DNA of 64,000 nucleotides from Lama glama (taxonomy: Eukaryota). The stretch's first letter is position 1, and every line of letters starts with the position of its first letter. The position numbers were made by a program, and so were the translations under genes. The notes beneath the pieces were generated by a model that did no database searches, was not told where the DNA came from, and was given only the letters and a program-made list of their open reading frames with translations. This document shows, piece after piece, positions 10,380 to 21,967 of the stretch. The stretch is taken from positions 3,286,001-3,350,000 of the forward strand of contig CM052837.1 in NCBI GenBank assembly GCA_028534125.1, given 5' to 3'.

Positions 10380-13125
10380 AGTGCTTCTTAGGTACTTAAA
10401 TAGACAAGATGAAAATACCTGCGAAGAAAGGAAACTATTAAATGACCTAGCAAATTCAGAGGAGGAATCGGGTGTAGTTTCTAGACATGGACAGTTCAGT
10501 CACTGTAGTTAAAAACCCAACAGATTGAAGAGAATGATTGAAACTGAAGATAGAGCAGAATGTATGAATTTCATCCTAGAGAACCAAGTAGGTGAGTAAT
10601 TTGTAAGACCAAGTACAAATCAGGGAGGAGAGACTGAGAAGTGTGTCTCGTTGGGGTTCCAGGAGAGGAGAGAGATGAGGGGACAGGGCCAGTATTGGAT
10701 GAAATGATGACTGAGGATTTTACAGAAAGGATGAGACACCCATCCAAAAAAGAACAGAGAAGACACCCACCCATAGGAGGGGTAGTGATACAGCAGGCAG
10801 AGGAAGAACGTCCAGAGTGAAGGTGAAATGAAGGTGACTTTTAAGGCAAAAACCAAGACAGGCAATTAGTGACGTCTTTGGTAAAGGAAGTTCTCAAGGA
10901 TGTTCTTGGAAGGAAAGTGGTGCCAGGTAGGAAGAGTGAGATGTCCCAGCCGTGAGGAGGGAGGAAGGTGGAAATACCTGGGCATCTCTAAACAAATGTG
11001 AAAGAAGATGGTTTGGCAGTGCCGGGGCGGGGGCGCTGAACAAAGGATCAACAATGCTGAAGTTAAAGGGGTGATGGCATTAGTGGAGGGGGTGAACTTT
11101 TATTTAACTTTGAACTTCGTGAACCCCACGTATTATTGGGTTTAAAGGTAGTCACTAAAGAAACTACGGAAACAGTGTATTCCGTAATAGTAGAGGGGGG
11201 AAATGGAGTGATTTTTAAACAATCCAAAAAGAGGTAAGAAAGGAGACAAGAAATACCCCAGGACAGGTGGGGACAGCACAAAATAAAATTATGGATTTAA
11301 ACTCAACTATATCAGCATTCGTTAGTACATGTAAGTTGACTAAATACTCCAGTTGAAACATAAAGATATCATATTGGATTTAAAAAATGCATCTGTTGTT
11401 TATGAGAGATGGGGTGAAAAGACAAGACTAGAAGAAGGTATGCTATGGAAATACTGTGAAAACTGATGCTGTATTCTTGTTATGTAAAATGGACTTCACA
11501 CAAAAAAGTGTTTTAGAGGGAAAGGGTCACTTCATAACGATGCAAATTTAATTTAGTGTAAAGATGCGGCAGTTTTAACTTTGGGTCCATCTTATTAATA
11601 AAATCACAAAATATATAAAACAAAAATGGACAGAACTACAAGAAATGGTCAAACCTGTAATCATAGTGGAGAATTTTACCGTTTCCTCTCAGTAGTTGAC
11701 AGTGAGGCAGACAAAAATCAATAAGGATTAGAACTTTTAGCAAAATTAGGAATGTGGTCTATGACTGTGTATAAATAAAGCAAATAAAACACTGTAGCCA
11801 ACTAATACATAGTTGACTCCACAGAATTTTCAAAGTTTGGCCGTATCTGGGGCCTTCCGGTCAGTCTCAACAAAAATGAAAAGATTGACGTTATAAAGGG
11901 CAGATAATACGACCACAGTTCAGTTAAACTGGAAATATGAATAAAAAGATGAATGGGAAATCTTCATGTATCTGGAAATTTTTTAAAAAAATATGCTTCT
12001 AGCATTTATTTGTAGGTCAGAAAAAGAAAAATAGGAAATGTTTTGGAATGAATGATAATGAAAATACTACACATCAAAACTTGCAGGATGTAGCGAAAAT
12101 ATTATTTGCAGGGAACTTTATAACATATATATAACTTATATATAACTTAACATAGGTTAAGAAAGAAGAAAAGATGAGAATTAATGAACTAAGTAAGCAT
12201 CAGTCTCCAGAAGTGACAAAGTCAAAATAAACCAATCGGAAGGAAAGTAACAGAAGGAGTTAATGAAACAGAAGACAAGTAAATATACAGTAGGGGAGTG
12301 AGCAAAGCCAGAACTGCATTCTTAACAAAAAGATGGATAATGTTGACAAATGTCAAGCAAAATTGATCAAGAAAAAGGCACGAATAATACAAGAATGTCA
12401 AATGAAACTTCACTACGGATGCGGTAGACATTAGAAAGATGAGTGATTATTAGGAACAACTTGTGCTAAATAAAAACAAAGCAGATCAGGGTCATAGGTG
12501 TTTATTAAAAATATCTGAAGGACCCAGCGGAGGGGGGTTTACCACACATTGTACAGAGAAGACTCCTTTTTCAAATCTCAACATGGCAATAATTTTGTAA
12601 ATTCTAACCACATAAATAAACTCTGGGAAAATAGAACTTATCAACACTGAGCTAAGAAGAGAACCAAGAACCTGATGAAAGGGTATCCACAAAAAGCCTA
12701 CAGCGAGCATCACACTAAATAGCAAGACGCTGAAATCTTCCCCTTTGTGATCAGAAAGGACAGGACGCCTCCTAACGATCCTTCTCTTGAGCTCGGTGTT
12801 GGAAGTCCTGCCCTGAGCAAAAATTCAAGAGAAGGGAAGTGGAAGATAGGAAGGTTGTGGAGAAAGGAACAAAACTGTAATTTGCAATATGCTTACATGT
12901 GTAGAAAAAGTTCTTAAAAATCTACGGATGTGTTCCTAGAATTAGGCAAGATTGCTGCTGGGGGCGGAAATTCCCCTGCAGAAGTCAATTACATTTCTGT
13001 ATACCAGCCCCAAACAGAAAATGAAACTTGAAAGAGACCCCATTTGCAATAGGGTAAACACTGAAGGACCGAGAAATAACTCTTTCGCGAAGCATGTAAG
13101 CTCCCACGGTGTGCATTATCTTCCT
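10380..13125 (+). mobile_element. Degenerate ancient L1 (ORF1 remnant to ORF2 EN/RT remnant)
   Basis: A-rich strand; ORF2 landmarks such as catcaaaacttgcaggatgtagcgaaa and aaagcctacagcgagcatcacactaaat; no intact ORF; ends at the 500-N gap (13126-13625). Confidence 0.8.
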
Positions 13126-13871
13126 NNNNNNNNNNNNNNNNNNNNNNNNNNNNNNNNNNNNNNNNNNNNNNNNNNNNNNNNNNNNNNNNNNNNNNNNNNN
13201 NNNNNNNNNNNNNNNNNNNNNNNNNNNNNNNNNNNNNNNNNNNNNNNNNNNNNNNNNNNNNNNNNNNNNNNNNNNNNNNNNNNNNNNNNNNNNNNNNNNN
13301 NNNNNNNNNNNNNNNNNNNNNNNNNNNNNNNNNNNNNNNNNNNNNNNNNNNNNNNNNNNNNNNNNNNNNNNNNNNNNNNNNNNNNNNNNNNNNNNNNNNN
13401 NNNNNNNNNNNNNNNNNNNNNNNNNNNNNNNNNNNNNNNNNNNNNNNNNNNNNNNNNNNNNNNNNNNNNNNNNNNNNNNNNNNNNNNNNNNNNNNNNNNN
13501 NNNNNNNNNNNNNNNNNNNNNNNNNNNNNNNNNNNNNNNNNNNNNNNNNNNNNNNNNNNNNNNNNNNNNNNNNNNNNNNNNNNNNNNNNNNNNNNNNNNN
13601 NNNNNNNNNNNNNNNNNNNNNNNNNCATGTCTCAGGACGTTTCTCGAGCGGCGGCACGGAGACCTGCGGTCTGGTTAGAAGTTCTGCCGCAAGGAGGCAG
13701 GAGCAAGGCAGCCCCAAAGAGCTAAGCGGTCAGGGGTTTCCCAGGACTGGTGAAAAACGCGAGGAAGCCCAAGGATCCTGAGTAAGATAATAAAAATACA
13801 CACCAGAAGGTATTTTATTGAATCCTTAGAACCCCAAAGGTGGATCTTAAGGGTAATGAGATTAAAAAAAA

Positions 13872-14080
13872 TTTTTTTTTATTGAGGTATAGTTGATTTA
13901 CAGTGTTAGTTTCAGGTGTACAGCAAAGTGATTCAGTTGTACATGTACACACATGTTTTTTCTTTTCAGATTTTTCTGTTATATGTTATTATAAGAAATT
14001 GAATATACTTTCCTGTGCTGTACAGTAGGTCCTTGTTGGTTATCTATTTTATGCATAATAACGTGTGTCTGTTAATCCCC
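13872..14080 (-). mobile_element. 5'-truncated cetartiodactyl L1 3' end inserted in an older L1
   Basis: Poly-T then attgaggtatagttgatttacagtgttagtttcaggtgtacagcaaagtgattcag...cctgtgctgtacagtaggtccttgttgg; flanking ATGAGAT at 13856 and 14081 (candidate TSD). Confidence 0.8.
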
Positions 14081-15397
14081 ATGAGATACTTTTTTAAAAG
14101 CTGTGAAAGAGGAATGACAAATTGGCAGCATGCTTTTCGATAGTAAGCACCGCCCCCCGCGCCGAAAAAAGCCAGAAGACAGATAAAATAATATCTTCAA
14201 AGTGGTGAGAGAAAACCACTTCCGGTATGGAATTCTAGACGCAGTTCATCCATTCATGAAGAATGAGGGAGAAAGAAAGGAATTCTTTCAAAACGACCGT
14301 AGGACTGAGGAAGTTTATCAAGCGGAGGTTCTTGCTGAAACAGCTAGTCAGGGATGGACTTCGGGGGACTCAGAAAGGACATGAGGTGTAAGAGTCAGCA
14401 ACTAACAGGCAGACTGGGGACCATCTGGGTAACTTAAACATGAGTGTCTGGAACAAAACAGCTGCAAGTGGTCCAGCTGTGTGTGAGGGAGGAGGAGGCG
14501 GGGAGCACCAGGGCGGGAGAGGGGCTCCCATCCGCGGACCAGCCCCAGGCCCGAGGCCTCCTGCCGCTCTTCCTCTGTTGGGAAGTGTCAAGTGTGTACG
14601 TAGGGAAAACATAAGAGTAAAAGACATTTCAATTACAATTTTTTAAAAGAGCACTTGCACACAGATACATACACACACAAATAGAAAGTATAACTTTGAA
14701 ACACCGTGGGAGGAAAGGTGTCCCGTAGAATGCAAAATAATAAGAACAAGAGCGAGAAAAAGCAAAGAAAAAGTACTGCAAATAGGAATGCCAGAAGGGT
14801 ACAAGTGAGCCCACTTGTATAGGGAATCACAGTAGGTGCTGATGAACTAAACCTGCCAGTTGAAAAGACAAATTGCCATGCTGGCCTTAAAATAAAAGCC
14901 AGGTATATGCTATTTTTAAGAGCTCCTCTTAAACCGTACGAACACAGAAAGGTTGGAAGTGAAGAAGAGAAAATGATTCTAGGCCAGTATTAACTCCCCA
15001 AAAGTTGGTGTGACTTTTAAAATAGACGATGAAATGGAAAAAAAAATCATTATTAGAGATAAAGAAGACCGCTGTAGTAGGGGAAAAAATAGAAGGCACT
15101 GTATCAGAAAGATATAACAATTCGGATCTTAGGGTCACCTAATGGGATGGTCTCCAAATAAAGCACAAATCCAGAAATTCCCAGGAGAAACTGATAAATC
15201 CGTGATCATGCTGGGAGGGTTTTAAAGCTCTGAGTACCTATTAGATGAAGCAGATGAAAAAATGAGTGTGGTTCCATAGAAGATTATTAAGCTGGAGCCA
15301 GGGACACACATAGAGCCCTTCACTCCATGTAGAACATGTTTATTTATAAAAATTGACCACAATCTGGTAAACCTCACCAATATCACGATCTAAATTA

Positions 15398-15660
15398 GTG
15401 TTTTTCAGACTGTAGACCGAGCCTGTTGGACTGTAAGCCTCAATAGTCAAATTTAGCTGGTTGAGAAAAACTTAAACAATTTTTTTGATGGCATAGAAAA
15501 TATCAGTGTATCATACATGCTAATATTGAGTTACTGTTTCATGAAAGTTTTGTTATTTACACGTTTATATACATTATGCATGTATCAGGATGTATGTATG
15601 TGTGTCCTGGGTCATGTAAAAATTATTTTTCCGGATAACGATTGTAAGTCTGAAAACTTA
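15398..15660. mobile_element. hAT-Charlie-type MITE nested in L1
   Basis: agtgtttttcagact ... aagtctgaaaact inverted termini; internal tagaaaatatcagtgtatcatac. Confidence 0.5.
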
Positions 15661-17630
15661 TATCCATATCATGCAGAATGGATACTCAGGTGACAGTACG
15701 GTTGAGTTAGGAATTGTCAATGATAATTCAAAGCCCCCACATGTTAGGAAAGTTAAGGACACTGCCACCTCACAAGTCAGAGGTCATTTGGGAATCTCAG
15801 GTATTGAACTGAATGCTAATGAAAACACTGTGCATTGTAGTTTGGAGGATGAAGCTACAGTAGTACTTATAGGAAAATTTATTGCCTTACACATTTACTA
15901 TAAGGAAAAAAAGGGATGAAAATGAATAAATGTCTACGTCAAGAAGTTAGAAAGAATAGAATAAACCAATGGAAGTTGGAGGAAGGAATAATGAAAACTA
16001 ATTATATAGATTGTGTTACAAACCCAAAAGCTGGTTCTAGAATCCTCATGGAAATTGAAACAGCAGTTAAAAATCAGCTCTGGCCCCCTGTCCCCGCTCT
16101 AAGAACAGATCTCGAAGAACCAGATCCTGACAGTTTGACAGGCAAGTTCTGAACCCACCAAGAATAGGAGAAACTGGATGATCCTTAACTCATTTTATGG
16201 GACTCAACTGACCTTGCTACCAAGACCACACAGGGACGGTCTGAGGAGAACCTGTGACTTGCCTCACCTGAGAGCGCACACACACGTCCCTCGTGAAAAT
16301 GTGAACGGCCCAGACCTAGCGAGGGTTAAAACAGAAAAGACCTGCCATCACGACGTGTTTACACCGTAAGAACCATCTGTGAGTTAACATTAGAATATGT
16401 ATTATTTTAATCCAATTTCAGATTAGAGAACATGTGAAGGGATAAAGAAAAAGCACTTGGCAAAATTTAATACCCAGTTATTAAAAAGAAAAGGTAACGA
16501 GGAATATAAGCTAGCTTAACCTGATAAAAGGTTTCTACCAAAAGCCTACGGTCAACACAGCGTCTAACAGTGAAACATGAGAGGGGCTGAGACCAGGAAA
16601 GCCTGCTCCAGAGTTCTTGGCTGGCTCTGTGAGATGGTACCGCATAGAAAGCAAGAAACAATACTGTCTTTTTTCATAGGTGATTTTTTTTTCTATGAAG
16701 AGAATCCACAAACTCCTGGATTTGGCGGGAGTTTAGTGTACTCCCTGGGTTAAAGACACATGCAAAAATGAGTAACTTTGCTGGTTGTCTAGAGCTAAAA
16801 ACAGAAAAAGTACTTTATGAAATATATCTTCCTAATGCATTTAAACATAGCAATAACCTTAACACCAACAACAAAGGTGTGTGAGACGTGGATAGAGATC
16901 ATAAAAGCTATCTGTAAGGATGAAAGAGCGTTTAAACAGATGGAGAGCTGTACACTCCGTTCATCGACGGCTCCCAGAGTGTCCAGGGTCTGCTCTCCCA
17001 CGTTCATCTGTAACTTCAGTGTGTCTCAAATTCCAGTAGAATTTTTGGAGGCATTGATGCAGGGCATAGATAAATATGTGGGTGGAACCAAGCGTGAGTC
17101 CAGTGACGGATCCACGTGTGTTTTAAACCTGATGGGACAGAGGCCGGGCTGAGGGGACAGACCAGTCAGGGAGGGGTGCTGGGCAATTAGCGTGGTGGGG
17201 AGAAGTTGACAGTGTTTCCTGTCATATGCCAGAGGCAGTCCCAGGTGATTGAAAACCTAACTGTGAGAAGCCTTGGGAAGTTTGTAGAAGAAAATAAAAC
17301 AGTAAAATCACTTCTCTCCCAGTGATTGGAATCTGGGCAGCTGGGGTCCGGGGGGTAAAGGAGATTTTCAATCTGTATCAACCACTTTGTTCCTTTTGAA
17401 TTTTGACCCATAGGAATGTATTGCCTCTCTCCAACACAACTGAATAATTACTTAAATTTAAAGGATAACAGTAGTTACTTCCTTAAAAAAAAAAAAAGAA
17501 AAAGGAAACAGATTCTCTTGGATTCTGGGGCAGTAGCTATGAAACAAGAATAACAAACCTTAAAGGCATATATTCATAAATTGGACTACATTAGTAGTAT
17601 GATTGATAGTGTCAAAAACTGGATGAAGAG

Positions 17631-17785
17631 GGGGGAGGGTATAGCTCAGTGGTCAGTGTGCATGTTTAGCATGCGCGAGCTCCTGCATTCAATCCCCAGT
17701 ACGTCCATTAAAATAACTAACTAAATAAAGCTAATTACCCCCCAACATACACAAATCACAAACAAAATAAATAAAATAATTTTAA
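17631..17785 (+). mobile_element. Vic-1-type camelid tRNA-derived SINE
   Basis: GGGGAGGGTATAGCTCAGTGG (A box)...TTCAATCCCCAGTAC (B box), taaataaagctaattacccccc, A-rich tail; decayed TSD aaaaactg..tgaa. Confidence 0.8.
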
Positions 17786-18350
17786 AAAAACTGTTTGAAA
17801 GAGAAACCACAGACTTCAGTACTTCTAAAACAGCAAATGGTTAATATCCAAACTACTACAAAGAACACCTACAAATCAGAGGAAAAGACAGTCCATAAGA
17901 AATGGGCAAAGGATATGAACAGGGAACAGTGAAAGAAACATGACGGGCTGGTCACCGTGAAGGCACAGCATCACGTTCATTTGGTTGGGACAGCGTCCCT
18001 AGGTTGCACGCAGGAGGGGCTGTTGCAAGGACGTGGTGGGAGGAGGGCCTTTGTGGCACTGCCCATTTGGGGAGCACTTTGGCAGCACCTGGTGGCACAG
18101 TCGAGCCCGCCTGGGACCAGCTGGTTCCGTGGTAGGTGTGTCCTGGAGGATGAAATGTTGCCCAGTGACACTTGCAGCCGTGTCATCACGTAGCAGTGCC
18201 AGCAGTCAGAGCAGTGCTGCGCTTTGTGGAGACACGTCTGTAGTGTAAGCACATGCACGTGTGGACGTGGTAACTGACATGTTCTGGGTGTTCTCTCTGG
18301 AAGGAAAGATGAGCTTTTATTGTCCTTTCTGTGTTTTACTGTATGTGTGC

Positions 18351-18444
18351 TTTTTTTTTTTTAGTGGAGGTACTGGGATTGAACCCAAGACCTCGTACGT
18401 GCTAAATAAGCACATGCTCTACCACTGAACTACACCCTCCCCCC
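18351..18444 (-). mobile_element. Vic-1-type camelid tRNA-derived SINE (short form)
   Basis: Reverse complement reads GGGGAGGGTGTAGTTCAGTGGTAGAGCATGTGC...GGGTTCAATCCCAGTACCTCCACT followed by poly-A. Confidence 0.8.
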
Positions 18445-21400
18445 AAGATGAGATATTTTATATATATATCTCTCTGAAGTAAATGTGGTAAAATGTTTGG
18501 ATTTGCTAAACCTGTGTGGTGGGTAAATGGACGTTCACAATACTTTTCTTAATCTTTTGTATATTTGGAGTATTTCCTAATATTTATAGGAGTTAGGAGG
18601 TGGTGGTCTTGATGCAGCTCTGCTCTCATTTCTGGGTTATCCTCATCCTGCTTTAGTTTTGTGCCTTCCTGGTAATCACCTGATGCCCAGGAAGTGGACC
18701 TGGAGCTTTGGTCCCTTTGACACCCCTCCCAACCCTGCCCATGGCTTTTCGGAGCTCCCACCAGTGGCCCCAGTTGAGCAGCTGGGGAGTGATGAGACCC
18801 CGCCCCAGGGGTGCTGCTGAGGGTCCCTTCACAAAGTCTACCCAAATCCCAGTTGCCAAGTTGGACTGAACTGGTCAGACTGGACTGGACTGGTCAGGCC
18901 ACTTGAATTAGCAAATGTGTTCCGTGTTTGGGGCTTCCCCTTAACTTTTGTTCTCCAATCCGTACCCCCAGGAGCAGAAGAAAACCCTCCTCTCAGGACC
19001 CTGGAGGTGGGCTGGTGGGTTTCAGCCGGAGCAGCCCAGGAGCGGTCCCCGAGCTCGGGCGGCCTCTGCTCCCTGCATGGCAGGCCTCCCCGTCCTGCTG
19101 GACGCCGAGGGGACCGGCAGCAGTGCACACACACACACATTTCAGAGACGCTTCCGGGGCTGACAAACGTAGGTTCCCTGTGGTCGGCCCACACAGGATG
19201 TGGTGGCATTCGTCGGGCCTGACGCCTTGCCTGCCCAGGCCTGGCCCTGGGGGGGAAGCCCTGGGGGAGATTCCTGCTGGGGTTCCTTTTAAGATGGTGG
19301 GAGTTTCAGAAGTGAGGCACCGGGAGGGCTGACCGTGAGGGTGGGCTGGAGGCATCGCTGGTTTGCCGTCCTGTGAGCGGCGTCCCCTGCAACGTCCTGC
19401 CCGCTCGCGCCGACGCCGCGGGGCAGCTGGAGGCGGCTTTCACCTCGGTGTCTGCTCGCGGGGGCGCGGCCTGAGCCTCAACTGTGTGGGTGCGTGGCCA
19501 CAAGGCTCGGGCTTTTCATCTTCCTGTGAAAGAGTTCTTTTCACTCGGGAGCTAGTGGCGGGGGTGTCGTTTCTCTCTGGAGCGCCCCGCGCTGCACAGT
19601 TGGGAAGACACGCCTGTGACGGAATCAGACGTTGGTCTGTGTGCAGCAGAGGCAAACCCTCTCCCAGCTCGCTTTTCCCGACTCTGCGCTCCCGGCGGAG
19701 AATATTTTTTTGTATCCCATGTTTGCCTAACCTGAGTGAGGGTCAAGGCTGACTTTCCAACCGTGGCTTCTCTGCCCAAACCACGCGGCTGCATAGAGCC
19801 CACGGTGCTCGGTGGGGGCCAGGTGCCTGGCATGGCGGGCTGGTGACCCTATGGCTCCACGGACCCTGCCCTCCAGAACCCGTTGGGGACGCCACTCGGG
19901 CTCAGTCAGGGAGACCCGGGCCCCTGGCGTGGCACTGTCTCTGGAGAAGGGGCATTTGAAAGAATTTTTGTCACCTAACTTGAGTTGATATAGTGATGAT
20001 AATGTTGTTCCTGCACCTGAAACGTGTCCACGTTGGCGAAGTTCTGAGAGGTCCTTGTGAGGACTTTGACTTTCAGTTGGTGGACGCCCACCAAGCAATG
20101 GCATTTGACCCTCCAAGCTTCCAGCCTTTCTGTCCCCGGTCTCCGGCCTGCAGGACCTCTCCCTCCAGGCCTTTTGCATTCTCAGTTTATGAGTGTGTGC
20201 CTGAGAAGGCTCATTTGGAACAGCCTGTCCTGTCACACGTGAGGGGCTCTGGCTGGGATCACACTGTGGGAACCCACAGCCAGAGGTCAGCACCCCCCCT
20301 CCACAGGATCTGAAGGCGCCACGAGCCCACCTGGGACCAATTACGATGGCAGGTAGAGTTTGACTTGGAGCCATAGCCCCATGGTGACAGTCTGGGAGGA
20401 GGAAGTGTCACGGCTACAGGGACCATCATGGAAAGCGAGTGCAGCCTGCTTCCTGTGAGGGTTATATAAGGAAGGGATGGCGAAATTGTGCATTTGTTCT
20501 GCAGGGAGAGTGATTCTGCTTCGAACAGTATGCTGAAACTTTAAATAATCTCTCTTCTCTTTAAAATGCCCTAAGGTCAGATCTCTTTAAAATGCCCCAA
20601 GGTCAAAATTTGGATTACACAATTGTTGTTCAGAAACCCCCGCTCTTACTGGAAGAGGAATCTCAATTTCTAAGCCCCTGAGAAGCCCAGCCCCAGTCTA
20701 CCACTGCTCTAGGGATTTGGGGGGCGTCCACCCCTCCTCCTTTCTGTCTCCACACCCCAGCCCCCTCTCGCTTGCATTCTGTGCATTGGTTCCTTTGCTG
20801 GTCCTGAGGGGAGCGAGGCTCTGGTCCCACTCTGCAGTCCAGGGACTGGGATGTGATGATAGCATCACAGGTAGTTGATAAAAGTTGAATGTATCCAAAG
20901 GAGCGAGCCTCTTGGAGGTCCTCGCTGAAGTCAAATTCAGTCCAGCTACCAGCGGGAAGGTGTGAACCCACAGCCTCTGACCCTCTGACTTTGGTCCCCA
21001 GGAGAAGGGGTGGTCCATCCTCTTGGTTGAGAGTGTGTCATCAGGCAAAGGGTCCCCTCCCCGGGGTGAGGAGTGGGCCTGGTGATACTGCCCTCCTCCA
21101 TCTTTGCAGCCCTTGGGCATGAAATTCCAGATTGGACTCTTGTTTGGTTGGCTTCCCAAGACTGACATTCCAGGTTTCCTAACGGTCAGTGGCAGGTTGC
21201 TGAGCTCTTTGGAGCTGTCCCTGACAGAAGGCCAGTCTTCCTCCTCAGAGTTGTGGTGACTTTTCAGGAGTCTGATGCAGAGGTCCCCATCTTGGACCTG
21301 GGTGGTTGTGTTTGTCAGCCTAGGGGGAGGGAACCGGCAGAGGAAGGTGGCCTGCCGGGCGCCTGCTGGCCGGGGCGCGTGTGGCTGACAGCCGGCAGCC

Positions 21401-21834
21401 GTGTTTGCGTGGGCTCACCTGGTATTTTTTAAATTAGTCAACTTCATGTGGAGGAAAAAAAAAATTCCGTCCAAATGTGAAAATGCAATAGATCTCTCAA
21501 CACAGTGCTCCGATTTCTACAGCAGTCAGCTGTGGTGGGGAGACACCTGCCCCTACTTTAGGGGGCATTTTGCCACAGTCCTCACTACCCCGTTGTCTCA
21601 CACTTGGCCTGTGCTTGTGCTCATGTGCATCTTTGACCCCTGCGGTGGGGACACCTTGAATTGGCGCCTGAGTCTCCGGGAAGCTAAGTGCCCCGATTAT
21701 AGAGCTGTGTGCTGCCATCTCCCAGGCTTCGTATTTTCCAGCACTAATGTTAATGTCTTCTATAAGAATTGCTCGCTTCTGAAGGGGGCGGGGAGAATGT
21801 GTGACAGCAGAGATTGCCTGGGTTTGTTTCTTCC

Positions 21835-21899
21835 TTGACTTACCAGTCTGATGAAGTCGCGAAACCATTAAGTTAGGTGTTGGGGATGGTAACTGTCAG
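21835..21899 (+). ncRNA. Candidate intronic type I hammerhead-ribozyme-like motif
   Basis: CAGT-CTGATGA-AGTCGC-GAAA-CCATT...GATGG-T-A-ACTG: full catalytic core with stems I and III pairing in register; stem II vestigial. Confidence 0.45.
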
Positions 21900-21967
21900 A
21901 TGCCTCGGTGTCTACAAAGAGTAATCGACGTGTATGTATTTGACAGGTGAAAGGAAAGCAAGCCAGG

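Larger units (their letters stand above)
13730..18590 (+). mobile_element. Second degenerate ancient L1 (L1MC/L1ME-type), ORF1 C-terminus through 3' UTR, with nested insertions
   Basis: aatatcttcaaagtggtgagagaaaa (ORF1-like); ORF2 remnants at ~14800-17950; 3' end gtaaatgtggtaaaatg...gtggtgggtaaatggacgttcac at ~18480-18590. Confidence 0.75.

Noticed and set aside
12952-13725. ORFs of 170-257 aa
   Set aside because: They consist mostly of the 500-N gap.
17631-17710. tRNA gene
   Set aside because: tRNA-like head with degenerate arms, SINE body, A-rich tail and TSD: a SINE, as is the copy at 18351-18444.
21848-21945. Box C/D snoRNA reading of CTGATGA near the 3' splice site
   Set aside because: No downstream CTGA D box before the acceptor; the hammerhead geometry explains the motif better.
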